Part shown: positions 32,631 through 48,870 of the stretch, in pieces
Position numbering within the stretch: the first letter of the stretch is position 1
Layout of the letters: each line of letters begins with the position of its first letter
NCBI RefSeq assembly: GCF_009914755.1
Contig: NC_060931.1
DNA from: the human T2T-CHM13v2.0 reference genome, Homo sapiens
DNA: 64,000 nucleotides
Reading direction: 5' to 3' (one strand)
Notes under the pieces: generated by a model
Told to the model about the DNA's origin: nothing
Seen by the model: the letters and a program-made list of their open reading frames with translations, nothing else
Databases searched by the model: none
Made by a program: the position numbers and the translations under genes

Positions 32631-33184
32631 ACGTGAGCAGGAATGTAGCCTTTCTAATAAGGGAGGGTTCACTTCCTGACTTATTACTATAGCCATTTCC
32701 TCCTAATTAATTAGAGCTCAGTGGATTTGCAAGGAGACTAGAGTGTCACCCTGTTCATGGTTGGGCTATTTGAGACCTTCTAATCTGCAGAGACATTGCA
32801 AGGGTCCTGTGAGAAGGATTTAGATTTCCTAGGGGTGGGGTAAAAATGGGAAGGCATCTCTTACTTCCCTCAGAATAATCATCTTTGGGAATCACCATTG
32901 CTTTTGAGTTAAACAATAGGGATCTGAATCAGGGTTGGAGTTTTAGCAGGAATACATTCAGTTCTTGGCCATTCCTAAGATAGTGCATGAATTACCTGTA
33001 ATTAATCCCTGTCATGAAATGTGTATATATGTAAATTTTATAATGGAAATATTTTAAGTGTAGAGGATTTTTAAGCTTGCTGATTGTAATTTACAGAATC
33101 CAATGAAGAAAATTGCTATCTCCTAATTTTCTTATTTTTAAATCAGGATTTCTTAAATCTGGAAATAGAAAGTAGGAATTAAGC

Positions 33185-33370
33185 TCATGGGTGCAGACCC
33201 TAGTTCTGCCTTTTACTAGTTGTGTGACCTTGGCATGTTACTTAATTTCTTCATGTTTCAGTTTTTACTCTTTAAATGAGGATAGGAGTGGTACATATTT
33301 TATAGTGTTACTAAGATTGCATGTGCTAATATCCATAAAGCCCTTAGAGTGCTGCCTCATTGATAACATG
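33185..33370 (+). mobile_element. MIR
   Basis: 'tactagttgtgtgaccttggc...ttacttaa...tcagttt...taaatgaggata'. Confidence 0.75.
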
Positions 33371-34625
33371 TATTATGATTATGATTTTTTTATTATGTTT
33401 CTTTGTTGTAAGGTACTCTTCACACCTTCAGCTCAGAGTTACTGCAGCTTTCTACATGTTATTTTGATCTTGAATCTAAAATAAGAATGCAGATCTGCTT
33501 TTATAGATGTTTTGCAATATCCTTTCCCAAGAGAAACAACATTTCACATTCTTAGAGTTCACACCCTTTGAATTGAAGCCAGGATTTGGCCTTCAGATTA
33601 ATAACTAGGGCAGAAGGCAGCCCACAGCAACTGTACTGTAAGGCACAAAAATATGCTCTTCTCTGCTGCTTTACCACCTTTCCATTTTAATAAAAAGTTA
33701 TAAAGAGTCTAACATCCTCAACCTAAATAGAGTTAGGACCATCTTTTGTTGCCTAACATGGGAGGAGGGAATGACTTGAACCACTTGCCACCTTTGTAAT
33801 CTCTAAGCACTTTCCAGAAAAATTTTTAACCCTAGCTCTCTTGGTTGGGTATGAAACTGCCTCTAGGTCCAGTAAATTTAGGAATATGAATCTAAAATGC
33901 AAGCAGTTTAAACTCATCTATTTCCCATTTCTCTTTTCAGTTGAACTTTTCTTTTGCTGTGCCTTACCGATTTACATTACAGTCCTCAGGAGCCTTAAGG
34001 CAACTTACAGATTAAAACCACAGAATATTGAGATCACTTCACACCCTACAAATAAGCAAGTCCCCTCTTTTGCCATACTAACATCCCAGCTGTTATTGAC
34101 ATTTCATGCTGAGAAGTAAACACTGAAACTTAATTAGTCCAGGCCCAGAGGAATCCTTCTTTTGCAATAACTAGTGTCTGGCTAGACTAGAGGCTCAGGT
34201 GTTGGCTGTGTGAATGTGAGTTATTGTAGATTGTGAAGTCAGAGTCATTCTGATTTATCCCTTCTCTCAGTGATCGCTCATGATGTCTCTGTCCCAAAGT
34301 GCTTCCCAAGCACGTGATACCCCAGATTCTTCATGATGTGACTTTTTCCTGGCTGATGACAATTTGTCAGTAAAGAACTTCCGATCTTTTGTACACTGCT
34401 TTATATTGCCTGTCAATATTAAAATGAATCATCCTTGTCTCTTTTATTTTGACAAACAGCTCAATATTTTTGGTGGCAGGGCTGGTTCCTTGTGTTTGCT
34501 TGTTTTGCTTTTTTGTGGATTTGTTTGTTGGCATCCTCTTCCTAATCTCAGTTAATTCAACATTCTTGTCTTCATTTAGGAAATGGATTATAATAATGTT
34601 ATAATTATTTTCATTAATATTTATT

Positions 34626-34782
34626 TTTCTTATGCATTCTAGATGATTTGCAAAATTTATTTGCCATCAAGTTCCACATCTTGCAAGGAAATTAACTGGA
34701 TTTCCAGCCAACAATCTGATTGGAAGATTTTTGGGATATACTTTATCCCCTTCAAATAGAGTATTATATAAACAAATATGAA
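34626..34782 (+). repeat. Copy 2 of the 157-bp local direct duplication
   Basis: See 28727-28883. Confidence 0.95.
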
Positions 34783-34899
34783 TAAATGTGAATTAATAAA
34801 TTAGCTCGTGTTATAGACTAAATGTGTGAGTCCCCCAAAACTTCATGTTGCTATCCTAATCCCTAATGTGATGGTATTAGGAGATGGGGCCTTGGAAAG

Positions 34900-34954
34900 T
34901 ATATTAGTCAGAATTCCCCACAGAGGCAGAACTAATAGGATAGATTAGATAGAC

Positions 34955-34997
<43 letters not shown>

Positions 34998-35510
34998 CAG
35001 ACAGATGATGAGAGGGGATTTATTATGGAAATTGGCTTATGCAATTATGAAGGCTGAGAAGTCCCACAATAGGCTGTCTGTAAGCTGGAAGCCCAGGGAA
35101 GACAATAGTCCAAGTCCAAAGCCTCAGAACCAGAGGAGCCAATGGTATAACTCTCAGTCCAACCCTGAAGGCCTGAGAACACAGGGGGACCACTAGTGAA
35201 AGTCCCAGAGTCAGAAGGCTGGAGAACCTGGAGTTCTGATGTTCAAGGGCAAGAGAAGATGGTGTCCCAGCTCCAGGAGAAAGGAAGAGAGCAAATTCAC
35301 ATTTCCTCTGCCTTTTGGTTTTATCCAGGCTCCCAGGTGACTGGATGGTGCCTTCTCACACTGAGGGCATATCTTGCCTACTCAGTCCACCAACTCACCT
35401 GCCATTCTCCTCTAGAAACACCCTCACAGACACACCCAGAAATGACGCTTTCCCAGCTATCTAGGTATCCATTAAGCCAGTTAAGTTCACACTTAAAATT
35501 AACCATCACA
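34900..35510 (-). mobile_element. MLT2B-like ERVL solo LTR
   Basis: T(A)TATTAGTC...TTAACCATCACA ends with an internal GATA array. Confidence 0.85.
34939..35005. repeat. (TAGA)n/(CAGA)n compound tetranucleotide STR
   Basis: Seen directly in the sequence. Confidence 0.95.
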
Positions 35511-35608
35511 AAAGGTGATTAGGTCATAAGGTGATTAACCATCACAAAAGGTGATTAGCCCTCATTAATGGGATTTGTACCCTTATAAAAGAGAACCCAG
35601 AGAGCATC

Positions 35609-37904
35609 TGTATTAGTCCGTTTTCACACTGTTTATAAAGACAAATCTAAGACTGGGAAGAAAAAGAGTTTTAATAGACTTATAGTTCCACATGGCTGGG
35701 GAGGCCTCACAATCATGGCAGAAGGCAAGGAGGAGCAAGTCACATCTTACATGGATGGCGGCAGGCAAAGAGAGAGACTGTGCAAGAAACTCCCACTTTT
35801 AAAACCATCAGATCTCATGAGACTCATTCACTATCACAAGAACAGCACAGGAAAGACCCGCCCCCAAAATTCAATCACCTCTCATCGGGTTCCTCCCACA
35901 ACATGTGAGAATTGTGGTAGTTACAATTCAAGATGAGATTTGGGTGGGGACACAGGCAAACCATATTATTCCACACCTGGCTTCCCAAATCTCATGTCCT
36001 CACATTTCAAAACCAGTCATGTCTTCTCAACAGTCTCCCAAAGTCTTAACTCACTCCAGCATTAACTCAGAAATCCACAGTCCAACATCTCACCTGAGAC
36101 AAAGCAAGTCCCTTCCACCTATGAGCCTGTAAAATCAAAACCAAGTTAGTTACTTCCTAGATATAATGGGGGTACAGGCATTACAACCATTCCAAATGGG
36201 AGAAATTGACCAAAACAAAGGGGCTACAGGCCCCATGCAAGTCCAGAATCCAGCAGGGCAGTAAAATCTTAAAGCTCCAAAATGATCTCCTTTGACTCCA
36301 TGTCTCACATCCAGGTCACACTGATGCAAGAGGTGGGCTCCCATGGCCTTAGGCAGATCTGCCCCTGTGGCTTTTCAGGGTATAGCCTGCTTCTAGCTGC
36401 TTTCATGGGCTGGTGTTGAGTGTCTGTGGCTTTTCCAAGCTCATGGTGCAGGCTGCCAGTGGATCTACTATTCTAGGGTCTGGAGGACATTGGCCCTCTT
36501 CTCACAGCTCCACTAGGCAGTGCCCCAGTAAGGAATCTGTGGGGGAGCTCTGGCACCATATTTCCCTTCCACACTGCCCTAGCAGAGGTTCTCCATGAGG
36601 GTCCCCCCCCTGCAGCAAACTCTGCCTGGGCATCCAGGTGTTTCCATATATCCTCTGAAATCTAGGCAGAGGTTCCCAAACCTCAATTCTTGACTTCTGT
36701 GCACCCACAGGCTCAATACCATGTGGAAGCTACCAAGGCTTGGAGGTTCCACCCTTTGAAGCAACAGCCTAAACTGTACCTTGGCCCCTTTTAGTCACTC
36801 ACAGCTGGAGTGGCTGGGATACGGTCAAGTCCCTAGACTGTATACAGCAGAGGCACCCTGGGCCCAGCCCACAAAACCATTTTTCCTCCTAAACCTCCAC
36901 TTCTGTGATGGGGAGGTGCTGCTGCAAAGGTTTCTGACATGCCCTGGAGACATTTTCCCCATTGTCTTGGTGATTAACATTTGGTTCCTGATTACTTACA
37001 CAAGTTTCTGCAGCCAGTTTGAATTTCTTCTCAGAAAATGAGATTTTCTTTAACATCACATTGTCAGACTGCAAATTTTTCAAACTTTTATGCTCTGTTT
37101 CCCTTTTAAAACCGAATGCCTTTAACAGAAACCAAGTCATCTCTTGAATGCTTTGCTGCTTAGAAATTTCTTCCACCAGATACCCTAAATCATCTTTCTC
37201 AAGTTCAAAGTTCCACAAATCTCTAGGGCAGGAGCAGAATGCCCCAGTCTCTTTGCTAAAACATAGCAAGAGCCACCTTTGCTCCAGTTTCCAATGAGTT
37301 TCTCATCTCCATCTGAGACCACTTCAGCCTGAATGTCATTGTCCATATTATTATCAACATTTTGGTCAAAGCCCTTCAACAAGTTTCTAGAGAGTTCCAA
37401 ACTTTCCAACATTTGACTGTTTTCTTCTAAGCCCTCCAAACTCTTCCAATCTCTGCCTTGTTCCCAGTTCCAAAGTCGCTTTCACATTTTCAGGTATCTT
37501 TTCAGCAACACCCCACTCTACTGGTACCAATTTACTGTGTTAGTCATTTTTCACACTGTTGATAAAGACATACCCAAAACTGAGAAGAAAAAGAGGTTTA
37601 ATGGACTTACAGTTCCACATAGCTGGGGAGGCCTCACAATCATGGCAGAAGGCAAGGAGGATCAAGTCACGTTTTACATGGATGGCAGCAGGCAAAGAGA
37701 GAGATTGTGCAAGGAAACTGTCATTTTTAAAACCATCAGATCTTGTGGGACTCATTCACTATCATGAGAACATGAGAACAGCGCAGGAAAGACCCACCCA
37801 CATAATTCAATCATCTCACACAGCATTTCTCCCACAACACATGGGAATTGTGGGAGTTACAATTCAAGATGAGATTTGGGTGGGAATACAGCCAAACCAT
37901 ATCA
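35609..37904 (-). mobile_element. Full-length THE1 (THE1A/B-like) MaLR provirus: LTR 35609-35968, internal 35969-37535, LTR 37536-37904
   Basis: Two LTRs of about 360 bp flank a 1.57-kb internal region. Perfect TSD GCATC at 35604-35608 and 37905-37909. Confidence 0.93.
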
Positions 37905-38201
37905 GCATCCCTGCCTGTTTCACCATGGAAGAATACAGCAAGGAGACTTTAATCTGTTTTTTATTTTTTATTTTTATTTTTATTTTTTTATTTTTTATTA
38001 TACTTTAAGTTTTAGGGTACATGTGCACATTGTGCAGGTTAGTTACATATGTATACATGTGCCATGCTGGTGCGCTGCACCCACTAACTCATCATCTAGC
38101 ATTAGGTATATCTCCCAATGCTATCCCTCCCCACTCCCCCCACCCCACCACAGTCCCCAGAGTGTGATATTCCCCTTCCTGTGTCCATGTGATCTCATTG
38201 T

Positions 38202-42044
<3,843 letters not shown>

Positions 42045-42092
42045 TTATTTTGCTCGTTAGTTGATGCAGTTTCTTCCTAGTCTCGATTGTCT

Positions 42093-43108
42093 TTACATTT
42101 TGGCATGATTTTGCATTGGCTGGTACTGGTTGTTCCTTTCCATGTTTAGTGCTTCCTTCAGGAGCTCTTGTAAGGCAGGCCTGGTGGTGACAAAATCTCT
42201 CAGCATTTGCTTGTCTGTAAAGGATTTTATTTCTCCTTCACTTAAGAAGCTTAGTTTGGCTGGATATGAAATTCTGGGTTGAAAATTCTTTTCTTTAAGA
42301 ATGTTGACTATTGGCCCCCACTCTCTTCTGGCTTGTAGGGTTTCTGCTGAGAGATCCGCTGTTAGTCTGATGGGCTTCCCTTTGAGGGTAACCCGACCTT
42401 TCTCTCTGGCTGCCCTTAACATTTTTTCCTTCATTTCAACTTTGGTGAATCTGACAATTATGTGTCTTGGAGTTGCTCTTCTCGAGGAGTGTCTTTGTGG
42501 CGTTCTCTGTATTTCCTGAATCTGAACGTTGGCCTGCCTTGCTAGATTGGGGAAGTTCTCCTGGATAATATCCTGCAGAGTGTTTTCCAACTTGGTTCCA
42601 TTCTCCCCATCACTTTCAGGTACACCAATCAGACATAGATTTGGTCTTTTCACATAGTCCCATAGTTCTTGGAGGCTTTGCTCATTTCTTTTTATTCTTT
42701 TTTCTCTAGACTTCCCTTCTCGCTTCATTTCATTCATTTCATCTTCCATCGCTGATACCCTTTCTTCCAATTGATCGCATCGGCTCCTGAGGCTTCTGCA
42801 TTCTTCACGTAGTTCTGGAGCCTTGGTTTTCAGCTCCATCAGCTCCTTTAAGCACTTCTCTGTATTGGTTATTCTAGTTATACATTCTTCTAAATTTTTT
42901 TCAAGTTTTCAACTTCTTTGCCTTTGGTTTGAATGTCCTCCCATAGCTCAGAGTAATTTGGTCGTCTGAAGCCTTCTTCTCTCAGCTCCTCAAAGTCATT
43001 CTCCATCCAGCTTTGTTCCATTGCTGGTGAGGAACTGCGTTCCTTTGGAGGAGGAGAGGCACTCTGCTTTTTAGAGTTTCCAGTTTTTCTGTTCTGTTTT
43101 TTCCCCAT
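42093..43108 (-). pseudogene. L1 ORF1, frameshifted
   Basis: MGKKQNRK start; a 1-bp deletion near 42903 splits it into 72-aa and 248-aa track ORFs. Confidence 0.93.
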
Positions 43109-44012
43109 CTTTGTGGTTTTATCTACTTTTGGTCTTTGATGATGGTGATGTACAGATGGGTTTTTGGTGTGGATGTCCTTTCTGTTTGTTAGTTTTCCTT
43201 CTAACAGAGAGGACCCTCAGCTGCAGGTCTGTTGGAGTACCCTGCCGTGTGAGGTGTCAGTGTGCCTCTGCTGGGGGGTGCTTGCCAGTTAGGCTGCTCG
43301 GGGGTCAGGGGTCAGGGACCCACTTGAGGAGACAGTCTGCCCATTCTCAGATCTCCAGCTGCGTGCTGGGAGAACCACTGCTCTCTTCAAAGCTGTCAGA
43401 CAGGGACATTTAAGTCTGCAGAGGTTACTGCTGTCTTTTTGTTTGTCTGTGCCCTGCCCCCAGAGGTGGAGCCTACAGAGGCAGGCAGGCCTCCTTGAGC
43501 TGTGGTGGGCTCCACCCAGTTCGAGCTTCCCGGCTGCTTTGTTTACCTAATCAAGCCTGGGCAATGGCGGGCGCCCCTCCCCCAGCCTCGCTGCCGCCTT
43601 GCAGTTTGATCTCAGACTGCTGTGCTAGCAATCAGCGAGACTCCGTGGGCGTAGGACCCTCCGAGCCAGGTGCGGGATATAATCTCGTGGTGCACCGTTT
43701 TTTAAGCCCGTCGGAAAAGCACAGTATTCGGGTGGGAGTGACCCGATTTTCCAGGTGCCATCCGTCACCCCTTTCTTTGACTCAGAAAGGGAACTCCCTG
43801 ACCCCTTGCGCTTCCCAAGGGAGGCAATGCCTCGCCCTGCTTCGGCTCGCGCACGGTGCACGCACCCACTGACCTGCGCCCACTGTCTGGCACTCCCTAG
43901 TGAGAAGAACCCGGTACCTCAGATGGAAATGCAGAAATCACCCGTCTTCTGTGTTGCTCAGGCTGGGAGCTGTAGACCGGAGCTGTTCCTGTTCGGCCAT
44001 CTTGGCTCCTCC
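43109..44012. promoter_or_regulatory. L1 5'UTR with sense internal promoter (minus strand) and antisense promoter (plus strand)
   Basis: CpG-rich, about 904 bp. YY1 site CAAGATGGCCG intact at about 43993-44003. Confidence 0.85.
43564..43872 (+). CDS. L1 ORF0 (antisense ORF), open for 102 codons
   Basis: MAGAPPPASLPPCSLISDCCASNQRDSVGVGPSEP... in a strong Kozak context GCAATGG. Expression unknown. Confidence 0.55.
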   Translation: MAGAPPPASLPPCSLISDCCASNQRDSVGVGPSEPGAGYNLVVHRFLSPSEKHSIRVGVTRFSRCHPSPLSLTQKGNSLTPCASQGRQCLALLRLAHGARTH

Positions 44013-44289
44013 GGAGACTTTAATCTGTAAACCAGGAAGTAGGCCCTCACCACACACCAGATCTGCCAGCACTTTGATCTTACACTTCTCAGACTCCAGA
44101 ACTATAAGAAATAAATTTCTGTGTTTATAAGTCACCCAATCTGTGATATTCTGTTATAGTAGCCTGAACAGACAAGGACAGCTGGATAAACAGAAATATT
44201 AAATTTGCCATTAAATAATAGCTTAATATTAAGCAAATGGAGTTGCATAAACTGATCTTTCTGCCATAGAAAATACCTAATAACAATAG

Positions 44290-44500
44290 TAATAGCTACC
44301 ATTTATTGGGTGCTCATTATGTGCCAGGCATTATGTTAAACACTACACATACAATATCTCATTTGATCCTCTCAACAATCCTATGATGTGGCTACTATTA
44401 TTGTATAAAAGAGAAAACTCAAGAATAGAGTGACCCAGTAACCCATCCTAGGTCACACACCTGACAGAATCAGGATTTTCACTTATGTTTGTTTCACTTA
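44290..44500 (-). mobile_element. MIR
   Basis: 'taatagctaccatttattg...tatgtgccaggca...atctcatttgatcctctcaacaatcctatg'. Confidence 0.8.
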
Positions 44501-46016
44501 AAACCTATGCCCATAACACCATGTTATGGGTTCTATTACCACTGCTTCTACTGAATGATGTTTGGAGGACTGAGTTAGGGTCTTAGCTTTGCTAATCACA
44601 TCCCAGATGCAGTAATTCTTGATATAGTAATACACTTTTAGAAAATCCTTCCCTGAATTATAAAATATGCCACTAGGGTAGATAAAACAGCCAGCAGTAG
44701 GAACTGATGGCATTCAATTCTGTTTCATTCCATTCAACAAATATTTACTGAGGGCCTGTGGTGTGTAAAATCTAAAGCTGGTTATTGCAAAGGATACCAC
44801 ATATTTGAATAATATTATGAATCCATCTAGATACCTCATATAATCTGATCATCTAAATAAAAGTTAAGTTTTTACATGAGAAAGAAAGTAAACAGGCAGA
44901 TTTTGATGTAGAGAACTATGTTGCCCTGAATGTCTTTCTGTAGACTCTTTTGGCTGGCATGCCCATGACTGAGGCAGTTGGATGTGAGTATGAACCCAGT
45001 TTGCTTTGGAAGGCAGTGGAAAGTAGCTCAGGATGGGCCCATTTCCCTTTAGATAACAGACCACTGCTGGGACCTCTGCTTCTGAAACCTGACAGCGCCA
45101 CTCCAGAACACCCATCTGGGCTTTCTGTGGGAGAAAAGTGTGCCGGGATTCACATGGGGTTGAGAGACTAGGGAGGGGAACACCATCTTCCTCGCAGTGC
45201 TAGAGTAGAGACTTAGTTGTTGGCCATGTGAATGTGAATTACTCATGCTCACTGCTCCCATCAGCAACGACTCTCCACTAGTGATCCTGAAATGTAAGCC
45301 AAAAGAAGTCAGTGATGGAATCTTGTGAACCTGGAAAATTAAATAACTTTGTGTGGCCTGCATTGATCTGGAAAGTCATTTTGCAATGGCTTAATTTATC
45401 ATCAATAGAAAATATAATGAGTTAAAATAGTGGACCAGTAGATTTTAGAAAAGTACAAATAAGTCTTTGAAATCACCTAAGCATTCAAACATATAAGATG
45501 ACAGATTTACTGAAAAATATTAAGTCCTGTGGAGATAACTTTATTCAGCTCTGTGGCTCCTAGATATTTTGAAAGAAATTAAAAGCTCTCCAGAAAAATC
45601 ATAAATTTGAGTCCACCTCCTAATAAGAAAGTTCTGTGCTTTAAATAGTACATTTAAGATGCTAATGCATGAGAAAAAATGTTGCTATTTATTTGAGCAG
45701 TCTTCAAAAAGCTGTATTTAAGAATCAGGACTAATCTGGTCTATTAGTTAAATTGGTCAACATTTCCAAAACAGTTTTTGTTCAGCAGACACAAGGGGAA
45801 ATTGTGTTAAGAGAGAAGAGAAGGAATTGACAGGAAATTGAGGAAGAGAAATGAAAGCTGTTAGAATGTTTAATCCTAGGTAAATACTAATTTAAAATAC
45901 AGATTACTTATGGCCTGGTGCTTTAATGAAAACCATTAAACAAATGCATGCACTTCATCTTACTGGATAACAGTTAGACTTTTTTTTTTCAATTTCTCAA
46001 GTTTCCCTGCACCTTC

Positions 46017-46071
<55 letters not shown>

Positions 46072-46098
46072 ATCTATCTATCTGTCTAATCTATCTAT
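46017..46098. repeat. (TCTG)n(TCTA)n compound STR
   Basis: Seen directly in the sequence. Confidence 0.95.
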
Positions 46099-46363
46099 CA
46101 TTCCCCACAATTTTGCCATATGACCTATCACTCCAAATGTTCGATTAATCAACAGAAACTCTCGGCTCCCATCCTGGAGTAACCATTGTTAAGTGATGAC
46201 TGTGATTATATGTGACAGAGCCAACAAGCATAATGCACTGTTAAGGCCCACGGCCAGCCATTCACCAGAGGGAAAAGGCATTTTCAACCAGAAGAGCCAA
46301 ATAGAGGTAGGAACTGGGAGGAAAGCTCTAATCAGTTTTGTGACTCGGAACTCACCTTCTCAT

Positions 46364-46659
46364 GGCTGGGCATGATGGCTCATACCTGTAATCCCAGCAT
46401 TTTGGGAGGTCGGGGTGGGAGGCTTTTGGGCCCAGGACTTTGAGACCAGTCTGGGCAACATAGTCAGAACTAAACTCTATAAAAATAAAACCAAAAAAAT
46501 TTGCCTGTCATGATGGCATGCACCTGTAGTCCTAGCTACTCAGGAGGCTGAGGTAAGAAGATTGCTTGAGCCCAGGAGGGTGAGGCTGCAGTGAGTCGTA
46601 ACCACATCACTACACTCCAGCCTGAGTGACAGAGCAAGACCCTGTCTCTCAAAAACAAA
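46364..46659 (+). mobile_element. AluJ
   Basis: Diverged dimer. TSD AACTCACCTTCT at 46349-46360 and 46660-46671. Confidence 0.9.
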
Positions 46660-48449
46660 AACTCACCTTCTTCCTACACATCTCACCCTCAGCATCCACA
46701 TCTGGAAATAAAAATACCCTGACCTCTCCTGACAAGTCATTTTATTCATGTTTAGGAAATGAGTTGTGAATGATAAATATTTATACAAGGGCATCCAGGG
46801 CTTTTTTAATATTAAAGAGGAAAAATGATGGGTTTTCACATAAGAACCAAAGATGGCTCATGTTATTAAAACAGAGATGTTAGAAGCCCGTACCATGAGT
46901 CTGACCCTTGTCCTGATCTCTTTCCCACTAGTCAGTTGACACCCCTAGGCATCATACCTTTCTTTCCCAATGATGAAACTGGACCAGTTTTGCACCCTAT
47001 TCAATGAGAATTAATTCATATTTTAAAGCATTTTATGAAAAGTCTAAGGAAATACTACACAAGATTGAGCTAGCCCCCTTTTGTGCCATTCATTTCTCTG
47101 TTTATTCAAGCACCAAAGGAAAACATTATTTCTCAAATGTAACTCCCCATTTCAAATCTAGGTTCATGAGGTACTTCATAAGAAGAAAATGTTATAACCT
47201 GTCAAGTAAAACTAAAAATTATCCTTGGCTTTGTTAGAATTTCTCTTCTTAATGTATTTGTGGCTCATTTCTCACTCTTCTGTCAGCCTCCCTTGATGAC
47301 TATTGTAATTCTTGGCAAACTTGGCTTCATTTGCAAAGCTTCTTCCAGGACAGCTATATATTTTCCATAGCTTGAATACAAAATAGAGTCAGCTTTATAT
47401 CAAACGAAGTGTTTAGATGGTACTGTCTTTCACTTAACTTTTGTGAAAGCAGAGTTTCCAATGTGATTCCTAGTGATTGAGAAATCACTCATATTTTTAT
47501 AAATTTCATTTCTTTTACCAATGTATTACATTATTTTGTCTCAATAATTATATTCAAAAGAACACATGTGCCATGGGGCAGTGTTTAATCATAGAGCCAT
47601 TTTAGGCCCCCTAGATACATTGGTCATTCTCAGGAGATGCTACTGGCTTGACAGAGACTTCTTCAGGAGGTGCCAAGGCAGCTTTCATTCACTTTGGATA
47701 TACCCATGTGTTTAGGGTGATATGGACTTTGTATATTCTTTTCTTTGAATGTACTGGCATCCCCAAAGCTGGTGCATTGATCCAACTGTAGCATCAGGTG
47801 AGCACCTGGATGAGCTCTCAGGTCAAATCCAACGGATGAGTAGGATAAAGGCATTCCTCTAGTCACAAGATATGTTTATCCATTCCCTTTTTGGTGACAT
47901 TCCAGAATCACTTTAGTCAGTCTAAGAAAACTGTCGTGTCAGAGACACCATCCACAGTGAAGAAAATGATGACTAGGGCTGGTGTTGAGGAAAGGGGACT
48001 TCTTTCCTTTCGGCTTGCTCATGATGTACCCAAGGACTTAGTTCAGGCTTGCACCTGCTCCAGTTGATCCTTGCCTCCTTCAGTAAAGGAAAAACCCTCA
48101 GCATGGACATAGTGCTACTGCAGAACTAATGGTCATGCCGCCTGCATTGACCTGTGGACCCTCCCACCTCTGCTATAACTGAGATACTTTTTCTCCCGTG
48201 TCTCTGAGCCCTAGACCCCAATGCACGTCTACTGCTCTCTCAGTCAAGTTTCGGGGCACCAACTATGGCTACCCAAGAGCTGTGCTTTTCCATGCTGTAG
48301 GTTCAAAGATGTCAGAGCTGGAAGGAGCTCAAGAGGATGAGTCTAATTCCCTTCTTTAAATTACCCTCCTCTTCAGTTCCGCACCTCTCCTATGGACTCT
48401 TAAGGAATCCTGGAGATCAAGACTTTCTAATAGGATTCTTAACAGATTT

Positions 48450-48870
48450 GTACCTGAGAATCACCTGGGGAGAATTTTCAAAATTTTCACATTCAGACTC
48501 TATAAAGAGCTACTGACTTGGTAGGTATGGAGGTGAAACTCCCAAGGTGATTCTGATGTGCAATCATAGTTAAGCTTCTAATGCTATGTGGCACTTTTCA
48601 TCTTGTGCTAAAGGCACTTGTGTTTTGCTCATCTTCCTCACCAAATTATAGCCCCTTGAAGGCAGGGACCAAGTCCTGTTCTTCCTGAATCTTAGTACTT
48701 ATATTATGGTATGTACTCAGTATTTGCAGAAGAGATGGGAAATTCTTCCACTGAGAAGGCCATGACTGGTAAATGTTAAATAACTTAGCCAAGGCCACAT
48801 AATGAATTTGTTGCACAGTTAATACTAGGTCTTGGATCATCTCACTCCCAGTCTACTGTTCTTTCCATTA
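48450..48870. mobile_element. Cluster of old MER5, L2 and MIR fragments
   Basis: 'agaatcacctgggg...ggtgattctgatgtgca', 'ccttgaaggcagggacc' and 'taacttagccaaggccaca'. Confidence 0.6.

Noticed and set aside
34939-35030. Identity with forensic STR D12S391
   Set aside because: Similar MLT2-embedded GATA/GACA structure, but the flanks differ from those I recall.
47634-47797. Plus-strand exon with CAG|GTGAGC donor
   Set aside because: Weak acceptor and no supporting frame.
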